Below are positions 1-14,409 of a DNA stretch of 64,000 bases, piece after piece. The position numbers were made by a program, and so were the translations under genes. Source of the DNA: the human T2T-CHM13v2.0 reference genome, Homo sapiens; NCBI RefSeq assembly GCF_009914755.1, contig NC_060926.1, one strand, 5' to 3'. The notes beneath the pieces were generated by a model that searched no databases, was not told the DNA's origin, and saw only the letters and a program-made list of their open reading frames with translations. Position 1 is the first letter of the stretch. Every line of letters starts with the position of its first letter.

Positions 1-108
1 TGTTCTTAAGTAGAAAAGATTTAATATAGGAGAGGAGAGTCAGATGTATAGGTAGGATGAATTGAAGTGAGAATTACTTCTTGGGTTATCTATAGATGTT
101 AACCCTCA

Positions 109-423
<315 letters not shown>

Positions 424-604
424 TTAATAAAGGAAAAAAAAATTAAGTAAACAAACACACAAAAAAATAAACCAAACCTTTGTTGGGACTGTTGGGAAGA
501 GGAGGTTCCAATATGATGAAGCCAAGAACTTAGATTGGAGAAAACTTTGCCAAAATTTGGCTGCTTCTTTTTTTTCTAAAAGCAAACCTCTTAAGCTTTA
601 TTAG

Positions 605-1105
605 TTTTTTCAGCTTTATTGAGGTATAACTGACACATAAAAATTGTATTATTCAAGGTATACAATGTGATATTTTGATATCACAAAATGAAATAATTAC
701 CACAGTCAAACTGCTAATTAACAAATCCATCACCTCACACAGTTACCTTTTCCCCCCTGTGGAGAGAATACTTAAGATCTATTCTAGCAAATTTCAAATA
801 TGCTTTATTTTTAACTGTAGTCATCAAGCTGTACATTAGATCTCTGAAACTAATTCATCTTGAAACTGCAAGTTTGTACCCTTTGACAAACCTCTCCCCA
901 TTTTCCCCACTCCTTGACCCCCGGTAACCACTCTTCTAGTCCGTTTCTACTGAGTTTTACTTTTAAAAATTCCATATGTGAGATAATATGGTATTTGTCT
1001 TTCTTTGTTGGGCTTATTTCACTTTGTCCTCTAGGTCATCCATGTTTTTGCAAATGAAAGAATTTTCTTCTTTGTCCAGGCTAAATGATATTACATATAT
1101 CTTTA
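605..1105 (-). mobile_element. Old L1 (L1MA/L1MB-type) 3' end, interrupted by Tigger1
   Basis: CAGCTTTATTGAGGTATAACTGAC... is the typical reverse-strand L1M 3' end; the element resumes near 3465. Confidence 0.8.
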
Positions 1106-1107
1106 TA

Positions 1108-3201
1108 CAGGCATACCTCGTTTAATTGCAATTCACTTTATTGCACTTCTCAGATATTACATGTTTTAAACAAATTTAAGGTTTGTGATAACCCTGCCTG
1201 GGGCAAGTCTGTCAGTGCCATTTTTTCCGATAGCCTGTGCTCACTTTGTGTCCCTGTGTCACTTTTTGGTAACTCTCACAATGATTCAAACTGTTGTATC
1301 TGTTATGGTGATCTATGATCAGTATTCTTTGATGTTACTATTATAATTGCTTTGGGGCACCATGAATCATGCCCATATAAAACAGCAAACTTAATAAATG
1401 TTATGTGTGTTCTGACTCCCCCACCAACCAGCCGTTTCCCATCTCTTTCCCTTTCCTTGGGCCTCTCTGTTTCCTGAGATGCAACAATATTGAAATTAGG
1501 CCAATTAATAACCTTACAATGGCATCTAAGTGTTCACGTGAAAAGAAGAGTCACATGTTTCTCACTTTAAATCAAAAGCTATAAATGATGAAACTTAATG
1601 AGGAAGTCATAGTGAAAGCCGAAATAGGCTGAAATCTAGGCCTCTTATGCCAAATAGCCAACTTGTGAATGAAAGGGAAAAGTTCTTGAAGGAAATTAAA
1701 AGTACTGCTCCAATGAACACATGAATGATAACAAAGCAAAACAACAGCCTTATTGCTGATATGGAGAAAGTTTTAGTGGTCTGGACAAAAGAGCAAACAA
1801 ACCACAATATTTCCTTTAGCCAAAGCCTAATCTAGAGCAAGGTACTAACGATCTTGAATTTTATGAGTGTTGAGAGAGGTGAGGAAGGTACAGAAGCAAC
1901 GTTTCAAGCTAGCAGAGGTTGGTACATTAAGTTTAAGGAAAGAAACTGCTTCCATACTTAAAAGTGCAAGGTGAGCAGCAAATGCTGCAGAAAGTTATCC
2001 AGAAGGTCTAGCTAAAATCATTAAGGAAGGTGGCTACATTAAATAAAAGAGTTTCAATGTAAATGAATATCCTTTCATTAGAACAAAATGCATTTAGGAC
2101 TTTCATAGCTAGAGAGGTCAGTGCCTCACTTCAAAGCTTCAAAGGATAGCTGACTCTATTGCTAGGGGATAAGATAGTTGGTGACTTTAGTTGAGGCCAA
2201 TGCTCATTTACCATTCCTGAAATCCTAGGTCCCTTAAGAATTAGGTGAAATCAACTCTGTCTGTGCTCTGTAAATGGAATAACAAAGCCTGGATGACAGC
2301 ACTTCTGTTTATAGCATAGTTCACTGAATATTTTAAGTCTACTGTTGAGACCTACTGCTCAGCAATAAAAAAGATTTTTTTTTCAAAAGTATTACTTCTC
2401 ATTGGAAATTCACCTGGTCATCCAAGAGCCCTGATGGAGATGAGCAAGGGGATTAGTTTTGTTTTCATGCTTGCTAACACAACATTCATTCTGTAGCCTA
2501 TAGATCAAGGAGTAATTTTGACCCTCAAGTCTAGTTATTTAAGAAGTACATTTTGTAAGGCTATACCTGCCATAAATTGTGATTCCTCTGATGGATCTTG
2601 GCAGGGTAGATTGAAAACTTTCTAAAAGGGTTTTACCATTCTAGTTGCCATTAAGAACATTCATCATTCATCTTGAATGATGAATCATTTTGGGGAGGTC
2701 AAAACATCAACATTAACAAGGGTTTGGAATAAGTTGATTTCAATATTCATGGATGACTGAGGGGTTCAAGATATGTGGTTCAAAATAGCAAAAGAACTAG
2801 AACTAGTATTAGAAGGTGTGACTGAAATGCTACAATGCCACAATAAAACTTGAATGGACGAGGAGTTGCTTCTTATGGATATACAGAGTGGTTTCTTGAG
2901 ATGGAATCTACTCCTGGTGAAGATGCTGTGAACATTGTTGAAATGGCAACAAAGGATTTAGAATATTATATAAACTAGAAGGATTTGTTTATATAAAGCA
3001 GCAGAAGGGTTTGAGAGAATTGACTTCAATTTTAAAAGAAGTTTACTGTGGGTAAGATGCTATCAAACAGCATCACATGCAACAGAGAAATCTTTCATGA
3101 AGGGAAGAGTCAATTGATGCAGCAACCTTTATTGCAGTCTTATTTTAAGAAACTGCCACAGGCATCTGAACTGAACCTGCAATATCTCCAAGGTCTGCCT
3201 G
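1108..3201 (+). mobile_element. Tigger1 DNA transposon, near full length, transposase dead
   Basis: TIRs CAGGCATACCTCG (1108) and CCAAGGTCTGCCTG (ends 3201), TA 5' flank; ATG at 1519 reads MASKCSREKKSHMFLTLNQKL then stop. Confidence 0.93.
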
Positions 3202-3464
3202 CAACTATGTTATACATCTGCACACCTGTGTTCATTGCAGCATTATTCACAATTGTCAGGATATGGAAACAACCTCCTGAGTGTTCATTGATGAACATAT
3301 GAATAAATAAAATGTGATATATATGATAAAGATATATACGTATATGTGTATTAGATTTTCTTACATTACATTGTCAGATAAAGAGACATATATACATATA
3401 TATTACATTTCTTTATTGATATAGACATATATGTATCACTATATCCATATGGATATATAGATAT

Positions 3465-3857
3465 CACATATTCTTTATCCATCATCCATCCATGCACGCT
3501 TAGGTGGTTTCCATGTCTTGATTATTGTGAATAATGCTGCGGTGAACATGGGAGTTCACACACCTCTTTGAGATACTGATTTTATTCCCCTTGGATATAT
3601 ATATATCTAGAGGTGGGATTGCTGGATCATATGGTAGTTCTATTTTCAATTCTTTGAGGTTCTTTCATACTATTTTCCATAATGGCTGTACCATAACTCC
3701 TTATCTTACATGTAGTTTGCAAATATTTTCTCCCATTCTATGGTTGCCTTTTCTTTCTGTTGATTATTTTCTTATTTGTGGAGAATATTTTTAGTTTGAT
3801 GTAATCTTATTTGCTTTTTTTTTTTGCTTTTACTGCCCGTGCTTTTGCTGTCATGAC

Positions 3858-3899
<42 letters not shown>

Positions 3900-4105
3900 T
3901 GCCACAACCAACTCTGTGGAGCTCTCCCCCTGTGTTTCCTTCTGGGATTTGTTTTTACAGTTTCAGGTCTTATATTTAAATCTCTAATCCATTTTGAGTT
4001 GATTCTTGAGTATGATGTAAGATAAGGATCCAATTTCATTTGTTCTATGTGGATATCCAGTTTTTTCAGCATCATTTATTAAAGAGTCTATCCTTTTCCC
4101 ATTGT
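3465..4105 (-). mobile_element. Old L1 (L1M) ORF2/3' region fragment
   Basis: Minus ORF 3851-4075 contains [28 protein letters not shown] (L1 ORF2 C-terminal motif). Confidence 0.85.
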
Positions 4106-4469
4106 GGTTACTTCTTTTAAAACTCCAAAAAAAAAAAAAAAAATAGAAGCAGATGCTGACTCTTGCCTGTCTAACTCTTTGATTGCTTTAGGGAAGGGTG
4201 ATATGCTTTTGTAACATCATTCAAAAGAGTCAGCCAATGTATGGCAGTGGAGATCCAACATCCCATAGACCAATTTAGGTGGAGGAAGGCCTTGGCCAGA
4301 AAATGGCTTATTTCTCTAGTTTTTATATGTTGAAGAAGTCTTTCTTAATATTTATTATGGTTTTCAGATATTCCAACCTACTTAAAATAGGTGTTTGAAT
4401 ACTTAGAATCATAAGAAAAGTGATAATATGCCCACTTTATTTTTCTTTGCAGGAAAAGGCATTGAAGAG

Positions 4470-4810
<341 letters not shown>

Positions 4811-4811
4811 T

Positions 4812-5115
<304 letters not shown>

Positions 5116-5744
5116 TGAATAAAAACTTAGTCATCTTATTTAAACACATTTCTCCAGAAAAAATTCGGTATTATTTCCTCAGAAATCATACTTGAGATAT
5201 AACTGACTTTAATGTGTTATAGGTATTGTAAGGAGAATTATCTAGATCAATTTTTTATCAATTAAAAATAAAAGTTAAAGTTCTTAGAGTATTATCCTTT
5301 TAAAGGTTCTGTATTGAACAGAGGAACTGAGAAGTAAAGAAATCATCAATATAGACTATTATGATCTAATCCATCTTCTTCATATGTTTAGTTTTCTTAT
5401 GTGAGTCTATGAAAGAGGATTATTCTTATAAAAAGAAATAGTTTCTAACAGCTCATATATAAAAATATATTAGCTCATGATTTAGCATAATTCCCATTTT
5501 AAAATTAAAATAAATGCACTTTTGAACTAAACAATGCTTTTTATACACGTATGTCTCACGTTGCCATGTAAAAACACATCAATCATCTTAAATTATAAGT
5601 AAATTTATCTTCTGTGTTTTCGCTGCTACTGTTACTCTAAAACAATTTATCTTTTTAAGTTTCCAAAGGAGCAAAATTTGAAGTTAAAAAAAAAACCTGT
5701 TATCTTACCAAGATTACTTTATATTTTGCTGAATTCAAATTCGC

Positions 5745-5965
5745 TGCTGTCTTGGTTAGAAATGCTTTTGTTGCAAGCAACAGAATACTTGCCATGATTA
5801 AATACCACGATTAATATCATGATTAAAACAATGTCAGTCCCAAAGGTGGCTATGCAATGGCATGAGGACTCAAGGACCCAGAGTTTGGTGACTTTCCACT
5901 TTTCCATCCTTAGCATGTTGGCTTCTGTCCTCCTGAGTAACCTTCCTGCTTGCAAGATTGAGGAC
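5745..5965. mobile_element. Old MaLR LTR fragment (MLT1J/K/L-like)
   Basis: GTTGCAAGCAACAGAA and CCATCCTTAGCATGTTGGCTT motifs. Confidence 0.5.
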
Positions 5966-7002
5966 AGAGCTTTATTAGCTTAAGCATCTTGCCATCTATT
6001 TTAATCTCATCAAGGCTAAAAGAGAACTGCTTACTCTCCTCCCTATTCCTTCCATTTTCTGTATCATCTCAGCAACGCTATTTCTGCTAACAATAGAATT
6101 ATCATTCCCTTTTTCCTTTATTTTCTCTATCTATCCCCCAAATCATAAAGATTTCCCTCAATTAAAAAATCCTAGTTATCCAGTCTTATTCCATTTTAAT
6201 CTAGAATCTAGAATCTCATTATCACCCTGGCACTAGAAACTGAAACAATCCTCTAGCTAATTGCCCGAGCTTCCTCCTGCCCTATCAGGTTACTTCTTTC
6301 TAATATAATCAGAAAAAATTCCAAATATCTGTATATTTTACAATTTACGAGACTTTTGGATAACTAGTTCATTTAATAATAGGAACAAAGTAGGAATTCT
6401 TAGAGCCTTAATTTAAGCTGACAACACATGTTTAGGAGGTGGTATAACTTTGAGTCTTTTATCCCTTTTTACTACCCGCCCCCACCTTCTTCTCCTTGCC
6501 TTTCCTCTGGAACACCCTGGTCTATATAAGAAATTCGTAGGATGAATATCGATTCAGCATATGAAGGGGAAGTGATACAGTTGTGAATGCTGCACATCAG
6601 AGCAAAACCACCAGTTTCTCTCTGGTCCGAAATTTTCTGTCGTGCTTTGCAGTTTCGGGTTGTGTTACTTAGAAGCTTAAAAATGAGTATATGGGTACTT
6701 GTGGCCATGCAAACAATGGGAATTCCAGAAAGGCTCTATGAGAGCTGTAAATACCATGAAGGTGAAGATTGCTCTTTGTCATACCTTTTGGGAAATGTTG
6801 GATGGACTGCTTTGAAAAAAGTTGCCTTTGCTATTATTTTCTTGGGACTATGGGATCTTAAGTAATCACCACAACAGGCCAGATGTTCATGTATTTCACT
6901 TAACAACGAAGTGAATACTTTTTACTGCTCTCACTAATGAAAACTAGAAAATGTCACAGTTTTAAAAGTGCATAACTTTGCACATTTTTGTTAGTTCTCT
7001 TA

Positions 7003-7019
7003 CTCAGCAGGTGGCAGTG
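7003..7019 (+). promoter_or_regulatory. Candidate CTCF motif
   Basis: TCAGCAGGTGGCAGT versus core consensus CCASYAGRKGGCRSY (one mismatch), in non-repeat DNA. Confidence 0.4.
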
Positions 7020-8220
7020 TTCATCTTTCAGCAGGTAAGTAAGCGCTTGCTTCTTTTCTTGCAGCTACACATTAAGAATAAAGAGTAACCTTTGTATTGT
7101 GTCCCTTACAGATCAGGTTTATGAGTGGATACATAACAATGCTCAGATTGTGGTACAGTTAAACTTAGGACCACACTGGCAGATTGGGGCAAATGACATG
7201 TCTTCTTAGTCCTGATGCACTGTAGAGACATCTTCTATTCTATTCGTGAGGACATAGACCAATAAGGTGAGTAAGTGATAGTTCCATTTTTTTCCATAGG
7301 CCCCTCTGTTGAAAGCCATATTATGATCATTTATTTTACAGGACTGCTGTTCAAATTAAAACATGAGAACACCCTGGGAAATACTTTTACCCTTAATATT
7401 TTTTTAAGGTATTTGATGAATTCGCTCTAATTTTTCTTATAAAAATACTTTATCATCTCAAGTACTGGGAGGAAGATTTCAAGATTTGTCAGTTGCTCTT
7501 AATTAATGATATTTACATCTTCCTTCTCATGAACAATGATTTCCATTGCTGTGCAGAATGGAGGAGGCTTCTTAACCTACTTAGAGGTTTAGAGATTTGC
7601 AAAGGGGAAAAGTTACTATAAAGCTGGATTGATTCAGAGTCATGGCTACCACGTGTGGTCAGGGAATTCAACACTCAATTATGTCTTTTAATGTTAATAT
7701 CTGATCAGAGTATGACATGGATTATTTTTGTTTTAATAAAGTTTATTGTGTTTTCAGTAGATTCAGTGTGTAATAATTGTAAGTACTTTGAATTTGATTA
7801 CTTTTACATGATTATAAACCTAAAGGGTCAAACTGATTTCTGTTTGGTTGTCACAGACAAAAGTAAGTCTGAGACCAGACAGGGAAACCATCTGCTGTCA
7901 CTTGCATTTCAACAGGCGATCAGAGGTTCAGAGGAGAATCTGTTTTATTGAGTAAAAAGAGGAAATGTGAGGCAGCCTCTCATTAACAAGCATTCTATGA
8001 AGACAGGAGCTTTGGAAGTGGGGTGATTTTCTAATTGGTCTTCAGGTACATTTGGCAGTTTCTTTAAGGATTGCTCAATGCTATGGGTGGAAGGTTTTCT
8101 CTGGTGGCCATTTTCTGGAATAAGTGGAGGTCAATGGTGCTTTGTTGACATCAAACTGTCATAATGGTTTTTATTTGAGAGGAGGGGTGGCTGCCATGAC
8201 AGCCCATTTCTCACGAGTGA

Positions 8221-8350
8221 CAGCATTTTGGTGATTGAAAATACCGACTCTGGAATCAGAATGCCTGTTTTAATATCCTGCTCCACGAGGTTTTGGTTCT
8301 GAGACCTTGAGAATTCAGTTTGTGACTCAGTTTTCTCACCTACAAAATGA
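8221..8350 (+). mobile_element. MIR fragment
   Basis: GACTCTGGAATCAGAATGCCTG...GACCTTGAG...CTCAGTTTTCTCACCTACAAAATG. Confidence 0.7.
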
Positions 8351-9044
8351 CCTTCCCTTTCTCCATTGAGAATGTGCCATTTCTAGGCTGGAATCAGTTC
8401 TGTCTGTGTGACAGGAGGGAAGATCTTGCATGCACTGCCCTTCCTGCAAAGTGCAAGGGCAGCTCCTCTGCCTTTCTAAAGACCATTCATTGCTGCTGCA
8501 GCAGAGCCTTTGTCTCTCCAATGTGCTTCTGAGTCACTCAGGTTTTACTGACTCCCTTGGGGAAAGCAGGTGGTCTATATTTAGAATAGCGTTAGCTGCT
8601 TTCCCAAGAATTTGAGCTAATACTTAATGAGTATTAATCCAAACCTTTTTGTAGCATTGGCTATATGTACATTTCAGATAATCTCTTGCTATCTATAAGA
8701 TCTTCCTCTTAGGGTTGGTTTGAAAGAAGAGGATAAAAATAGGAGAATGTGGATATCTATATATATCTATATATATCTGAAAGCGAGTTTCTTTAGAGGG
8801 AAATGTTGATTGCTGCAAAATACACATTATAACATTCAAAGATAATTTATTTGTAAATGAATCATGTTAGCATATTTAACCTTCAATTTTGAAGGTTAAA
8901 TGAGTGAAGTATGTCATCTCAGGTGTTCATATAGCTCACTATCTAAAGAAGTTCAAGTTTCCCATTCTTATATTCCCAGGTATCTGTGAGCTGATCCTAA
9001 TCTGCATTTCTGGCCCCATCTTTCCTGCTCCTGTATATCCCAGA

Positions 9045-9243
9045 TGTTATAGGTTGAGTTGTGTCCCTCCTAAAATTCATCTGTTGAAGTCCTAACCCCC
9101 AGTACCTCACAATGTAATTATTAGAAGATAGCATCTTTAAAGAGGTAATTAAGTTAAAATGAGACCACGGGGGATTGGGGGGGGGGGGTTCCTAATGCAA
9201 TATGACTGGTACTCTTTTTTTTTTAATCCATCCCCTCAAGTAT

Positions 9244-9278
<35 letters not shown>

Positions 9279-9903
9279 TTTTACTTTAAGTTCTGGGATA
9301 CATGTGCTGAACATGCAGGTTTGTTACATAGGTGTACATGTGCCATGGTAGTTTGCTGCAACTATCAATCCATCATCTACGTTTTAAGCCCTGCATGCAT
9401 CAGGTATTTGTTCTAATGCTCTCCCTCCCCTTTTACCCCACCCCCCCGCAACAGGCCCCAGTGTGTGATGCTCTCCTACATGTGTCCATGTGTTCTCATT
9501 GTTCAACTCCCACTTTTGAGCAAGAACATGCGGTGTTTGGTTTTCTGTTCCTGTGTTTGTTTGCTGAGGATGATGGCTTCAAGCTTCATCCATGTCCCTG
9601 CAAAGGACCTGAACTCATTCTTTTTTATGGCTGCATAGTATTCCATGGTGTATATGTGCCATCTTTTCTTTATCTAATGACTGGTGTTCTTATAAGAAGG
9701 AAACACGAGGCAGGCAAATGCATAGAGGAAAGAGCATGTGAGGACACAGTGGGAAGGTGCCATCTGCCAGCCAGGGAGCAAGACCTCAGAAGGAACGGGA
9801 GCACCTTGATCTTGGACTTCTAGCCTCCAAAATTGTGAGTAAACAAGTTGTTTAAGCCACACAGTCTGGTATTTTGTTATGGCGGCCCTAGTAAACTAAT
9901 ACA
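9045..9903 (+). mobile_element. MLT1B-like solo LTR, interrupted by L1PA
   Basis: TGTTATAGG...AAACTAATACA termini; 5-bp TSD CCAGA/GCAGA. Confidence 0.88.
9217..9676 (-). mobile_element. 5'-truncated L1PA (L1PA8-like) 3' end
   Basis: TTACTTTAAGTTCTGGGATACATGTGC... L1PA 3' UTR; TSD ATGACTGGT(AC/GT)TCTT at 9202-9216 and 9677-9691. Confidence 0.9.
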
Positions 9904-10521
9904 GCAGATAGACTACTCACTAGGTCTAAAAATGTGCCATGCTTTCCTTTCTCTGTGATTTTACTTTTACCTAACTACTCTAAAATTCCTTTTCTATCCC
10001 TACAACTGGACAATTTTACCCCCTCATACTTTAGAATTTACTGCAGATATCATTATTTTCTTGTACTCTTTTTTGAGTTTCTCCCACCGACTCTTGCCCT
10101 CCACACTGGAAAAGATAGGCTTCCAAAATTCCATTGATGCATGCCTATTAATTATCCTCCTCTTGCAAATGTAGACTAGGGTTTTCAGAACTTGGGCTGG
10201 AGATGGAAAAGGTGAAGGAACCATGGATCATTGGAGGTAATTGTGGTTTGTTTTTAGAATGAAAGAGGCTGACATCTGACTGAGAAGATGGTCCTAGGGG
10301 AAAGAGAAATGAAGAATCAGAAGAAAATTGGTATTTGCTGAAGCCAGTTGCTTAAGGAGGAAGAGGAGGGATGAAAGAGCAGACAGAGAGGGAGGTTGAC
10401 ATTATAATGAGAAACAGCTCCTGTTCTGAGACTGGAGGAGAGGATGTGAGGAAGACAATGGTCTTGCTAAATTTTCTTTGTTTTTATTTCTAAAATCATT
10501 AAGAGCATGAGCTCCGGAGTG

Positions 10522-11613
<1,092 letters not shown>

Positions 11614-11629
11614 TTAAATAATTCTTGTC

Positions 11630-12175
11630 AATATCCCCCAGCTGAAGACCACCAGGACCATGATTATAGTTGAACAAATTTGGTTGATGCCGCCTTGGAA
11701 AGAAAACGCACTCCCTGGGAAAGCATGGAGTGTCTCAGAGAATTTTAGAGAGAATTTATTATAGGATATGAGCTTGTGTTAGGTTAGGTTTAGGGACTTT
11801 GCTCTATATTGGACGCTATCAGGAAGTGAGGATAATTCTGCATCATGGGGTACTTCATAAATTATCCATAGGGACAGCAGACTAGAGCAAGCCTAACATG
11901 ACTGGCAAAGGAGCAGCTGTCACTCATATCAGCCAAGAGATGGGGTTGTTTCGTCATTTTTATGGATTGGACAATGCTCACGTTCTGTCTGTTCAGACAT
12001 GATTCTAGCGTGCTCTTGTTTTTGGTCTTGATCTCCATCATGATCACAGAGTAGCCTTGTTTATGTTGATGTTCTGTGAAGTTGTGTTCAACTGGAAAAC
12101 ACCAAGGCCTGGCTCTGAGTATCAGGCCAGTAGAAACACCAAGACCCGAGTAATTAATGCCTGATGACTTTGCTT
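11630..12175 (-). mobile_element. Old ERV LTR (LTR41-like, family uncertain)
   Basis: GGTCTTGATCTCCATCATGATCACAGAGTAGCCTTG...GAAAACACCAAGGCCT resembles a recalled ERVL-class LTR; partial second copy at 13971-14270. Confidence 0.6.
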
Positions 12176-13885
12176 TCTGGTGATGTCTGCTGAGAATGAG
12201 GTGTTTTTTGCGGAGAGAATAGTCACTGAAGAGAATCATATAGGGCTGATGGGCAGCATCAGCGGTGCAGCCAAAGTTGGAGTTGATGGAGTTACTGGAG
12301 CGATCGGCATTCTGATTGTGTGATTCTCTCCCATAGGGCTAGGCTGTGCAGCACTGGTGTGGAGAAGGCACATCCTAACACTGGCCCTGGGCTGGGGGTT
12401 TACAAAGAGATCAGGACAAAGGACAGGAGTTCAGAGTTGAAAGTGCCAGGGAGCACAGATCTGTTGGTTCCCTGTGAGGAATGGGCTATTCCATGAATAA
12501 AGACAGAATATGAAAAGACTAACCACCAAGAAAAGAGGAGGCTAGATATCTTTTAGAGAATGTTCTGAGCTGAAGCCCTGCTGGGTGATGGGAAGATCGT
12601 TGGCTGGAAAGAGCCTAGGCCATTTGGAAATAAGGAGGTTGGGGAAAAATGGAAAATCTTGCAAGAAGGTCCACGAAAGTAGACTTTGAATTCTCCTTGG
12701 GACTCTGTGGATTTGTCAAACATCCTGCTTTTTCCAAGACAGGATGCAGGTGAAGTGACAAGTGCTTCTATCTCTGTCCACTGGGATCATCACCTTTTCC
12801 TGTTTGGATAGATAACATTTTCTCATATTCCATTTTAAAAATCTTTTCCACCTCAAGTGCCTTTTGGCACTGCTTTAGCAGTTTGCTGTGTGGGCTGTAC
12901 AGCAGCTTTGCTGCTGCCCCAATGTTTCATAGAGATGTTTGTGATGGAGCACTATGTTTTTAACTTATCTTCCCAGGGCTGTGGCCCAAGTTCACGGAGG
13001 AGAGATGAGGTCGGGAAAAATGTGGCTAGTACACATCTACAGTGTTCACAACAGTCTGCCTCCTCTGTCAGGGACTCATTGTCTTTGGAATAAGCCCCAT
13101 AGGACCTGGAGGCTGCTGCTGGACCTCAGTAATGTCCACAAAGACCTGCAACCTCAGGAGTGTTATTGTCCCTTTTCAATCAGGTCCTACCACCAGGAGA
13201 CGAAGCTTCTCTTCTTACTCGGAGCTTCTCCAAAATGTGGCATGTTAGAGTGCTCTAAATAGTGAATTAATTGATTGATTGATGGAGTAAATACATGAAT
13301 GAATGAATACTAACATGGCTCATGACTTTAACATTGATTTTCAAACTCAGCTTTATGGAGTCTCAGCTATTTTTCAAAGCTCAGTGAGTGAGGAGCTGAG
13401 TACACGGAATCCTGTCTTCCACACTGCACTTTAGCCAGAGGAGTGCCATTAAAAACACTTTTTTTGTCTTTGATTTTAGCCTCCAAGTAAAAAGCATTTG
13501 AAGAAAAATTTTTTGAATCTTGAGATAGAGAGATAGAGAGTTAGATAGATAGATAGCAAGAAACCACTGGCTGCAAGAATGAAGTTCTGCATTTAATTGT
13601 GCAAAATCTGGTCATGATCTATTCGTCCACACTTGTTTTCCCTCACTCTATCACATGAATTCTTTGTTTAGTTTATCTTGTATGATGTGTCCAGATATGC
13701 CCTTTCTAATCTCTACACTTTTGTTCCCCCACGCTCTATCCTTTAACCCCAGGTCATATTATAAATCTTCTCTGATCTCCATGGCCAGATGTGCTCACTC
13801 CTTACGCTGAATTCCAATAGCATTTATTGTGTCTCAAGGCCCATCCTTTATGTTGCATGTTTTACCTCTTCAACCAGATTGTTCC

Positions 13886-13967
13886 TCCTTCCCTTCCCCT
13901 TCCTTCCTTCCTTCTTTCCTTCCTTCGTTCCTTCCTTCCTTCCTTCCTTCCTTCCTTCCTTCCTTCC
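13886..13967 (+). repeat. (TTCC)n microsatellite
   Basis: Visible TTCC tandem array. Confidence 0.95.
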
Positions 13968-13970
13968 GGC

Positions 13971-14270
13971 TTTGCTCTTTGCTTTAGATGGAATACTCTC
14001 AGGAAGTGAGAATAATTTTATATGATTGGGTGTCTTCATAAATTATCCATTGAGAAAGCAAACTAGAGCAAGGTTAAAGTTGTAATTGGTAAAGGAGCAG
14101 CTGTCACTCATACCAGCCAGGAGAGGGGGCTGTTTAGTCACTTTCGTGGCTTGGACAACGCTCATGTTGTGTCTGTTCAGATGGCCGTATGGTGATTTTT
14201 TTGTTTTGTTTTGTCTTTTGTCTTGGCCCACATCATGATCACAGAGTAGCCTTGTTTGTGTTGATGTTCA
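13971..14270 (-). mobile_element. Internal fragment of the same LTR as 11630-12175
   Basis: Collinear similarity with ~11798-12073. Confidence 0.75.
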
Positions 14271-14385
14271 CTGGGTGCCTGTTATGGGCCAGGCGTGTTG
14301 CTAGGTACTGGGATTCATAAAAGGGAAGACAGACATCTCTCCCTCACGGTTTACAATTTAGTGAGGGTTGGGGAGTATATCAATC
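14271..14385 (-). mobile_element. L2 3' end
   Basis: CTGGGTGCCTGTTATGGGCCAGGCGTGTTGCTAGGTACTGGGA. Confidence 0.65.
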
Positions 14386-14409
14386 GAGGTTCAAACAATG
14401 AACGGAGTA

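Noticed and set aside
3859-3895. A37 run inside a minus-strand L1
   Set aside because: No TSD or attached element; most likely slippage expansion of a short A run
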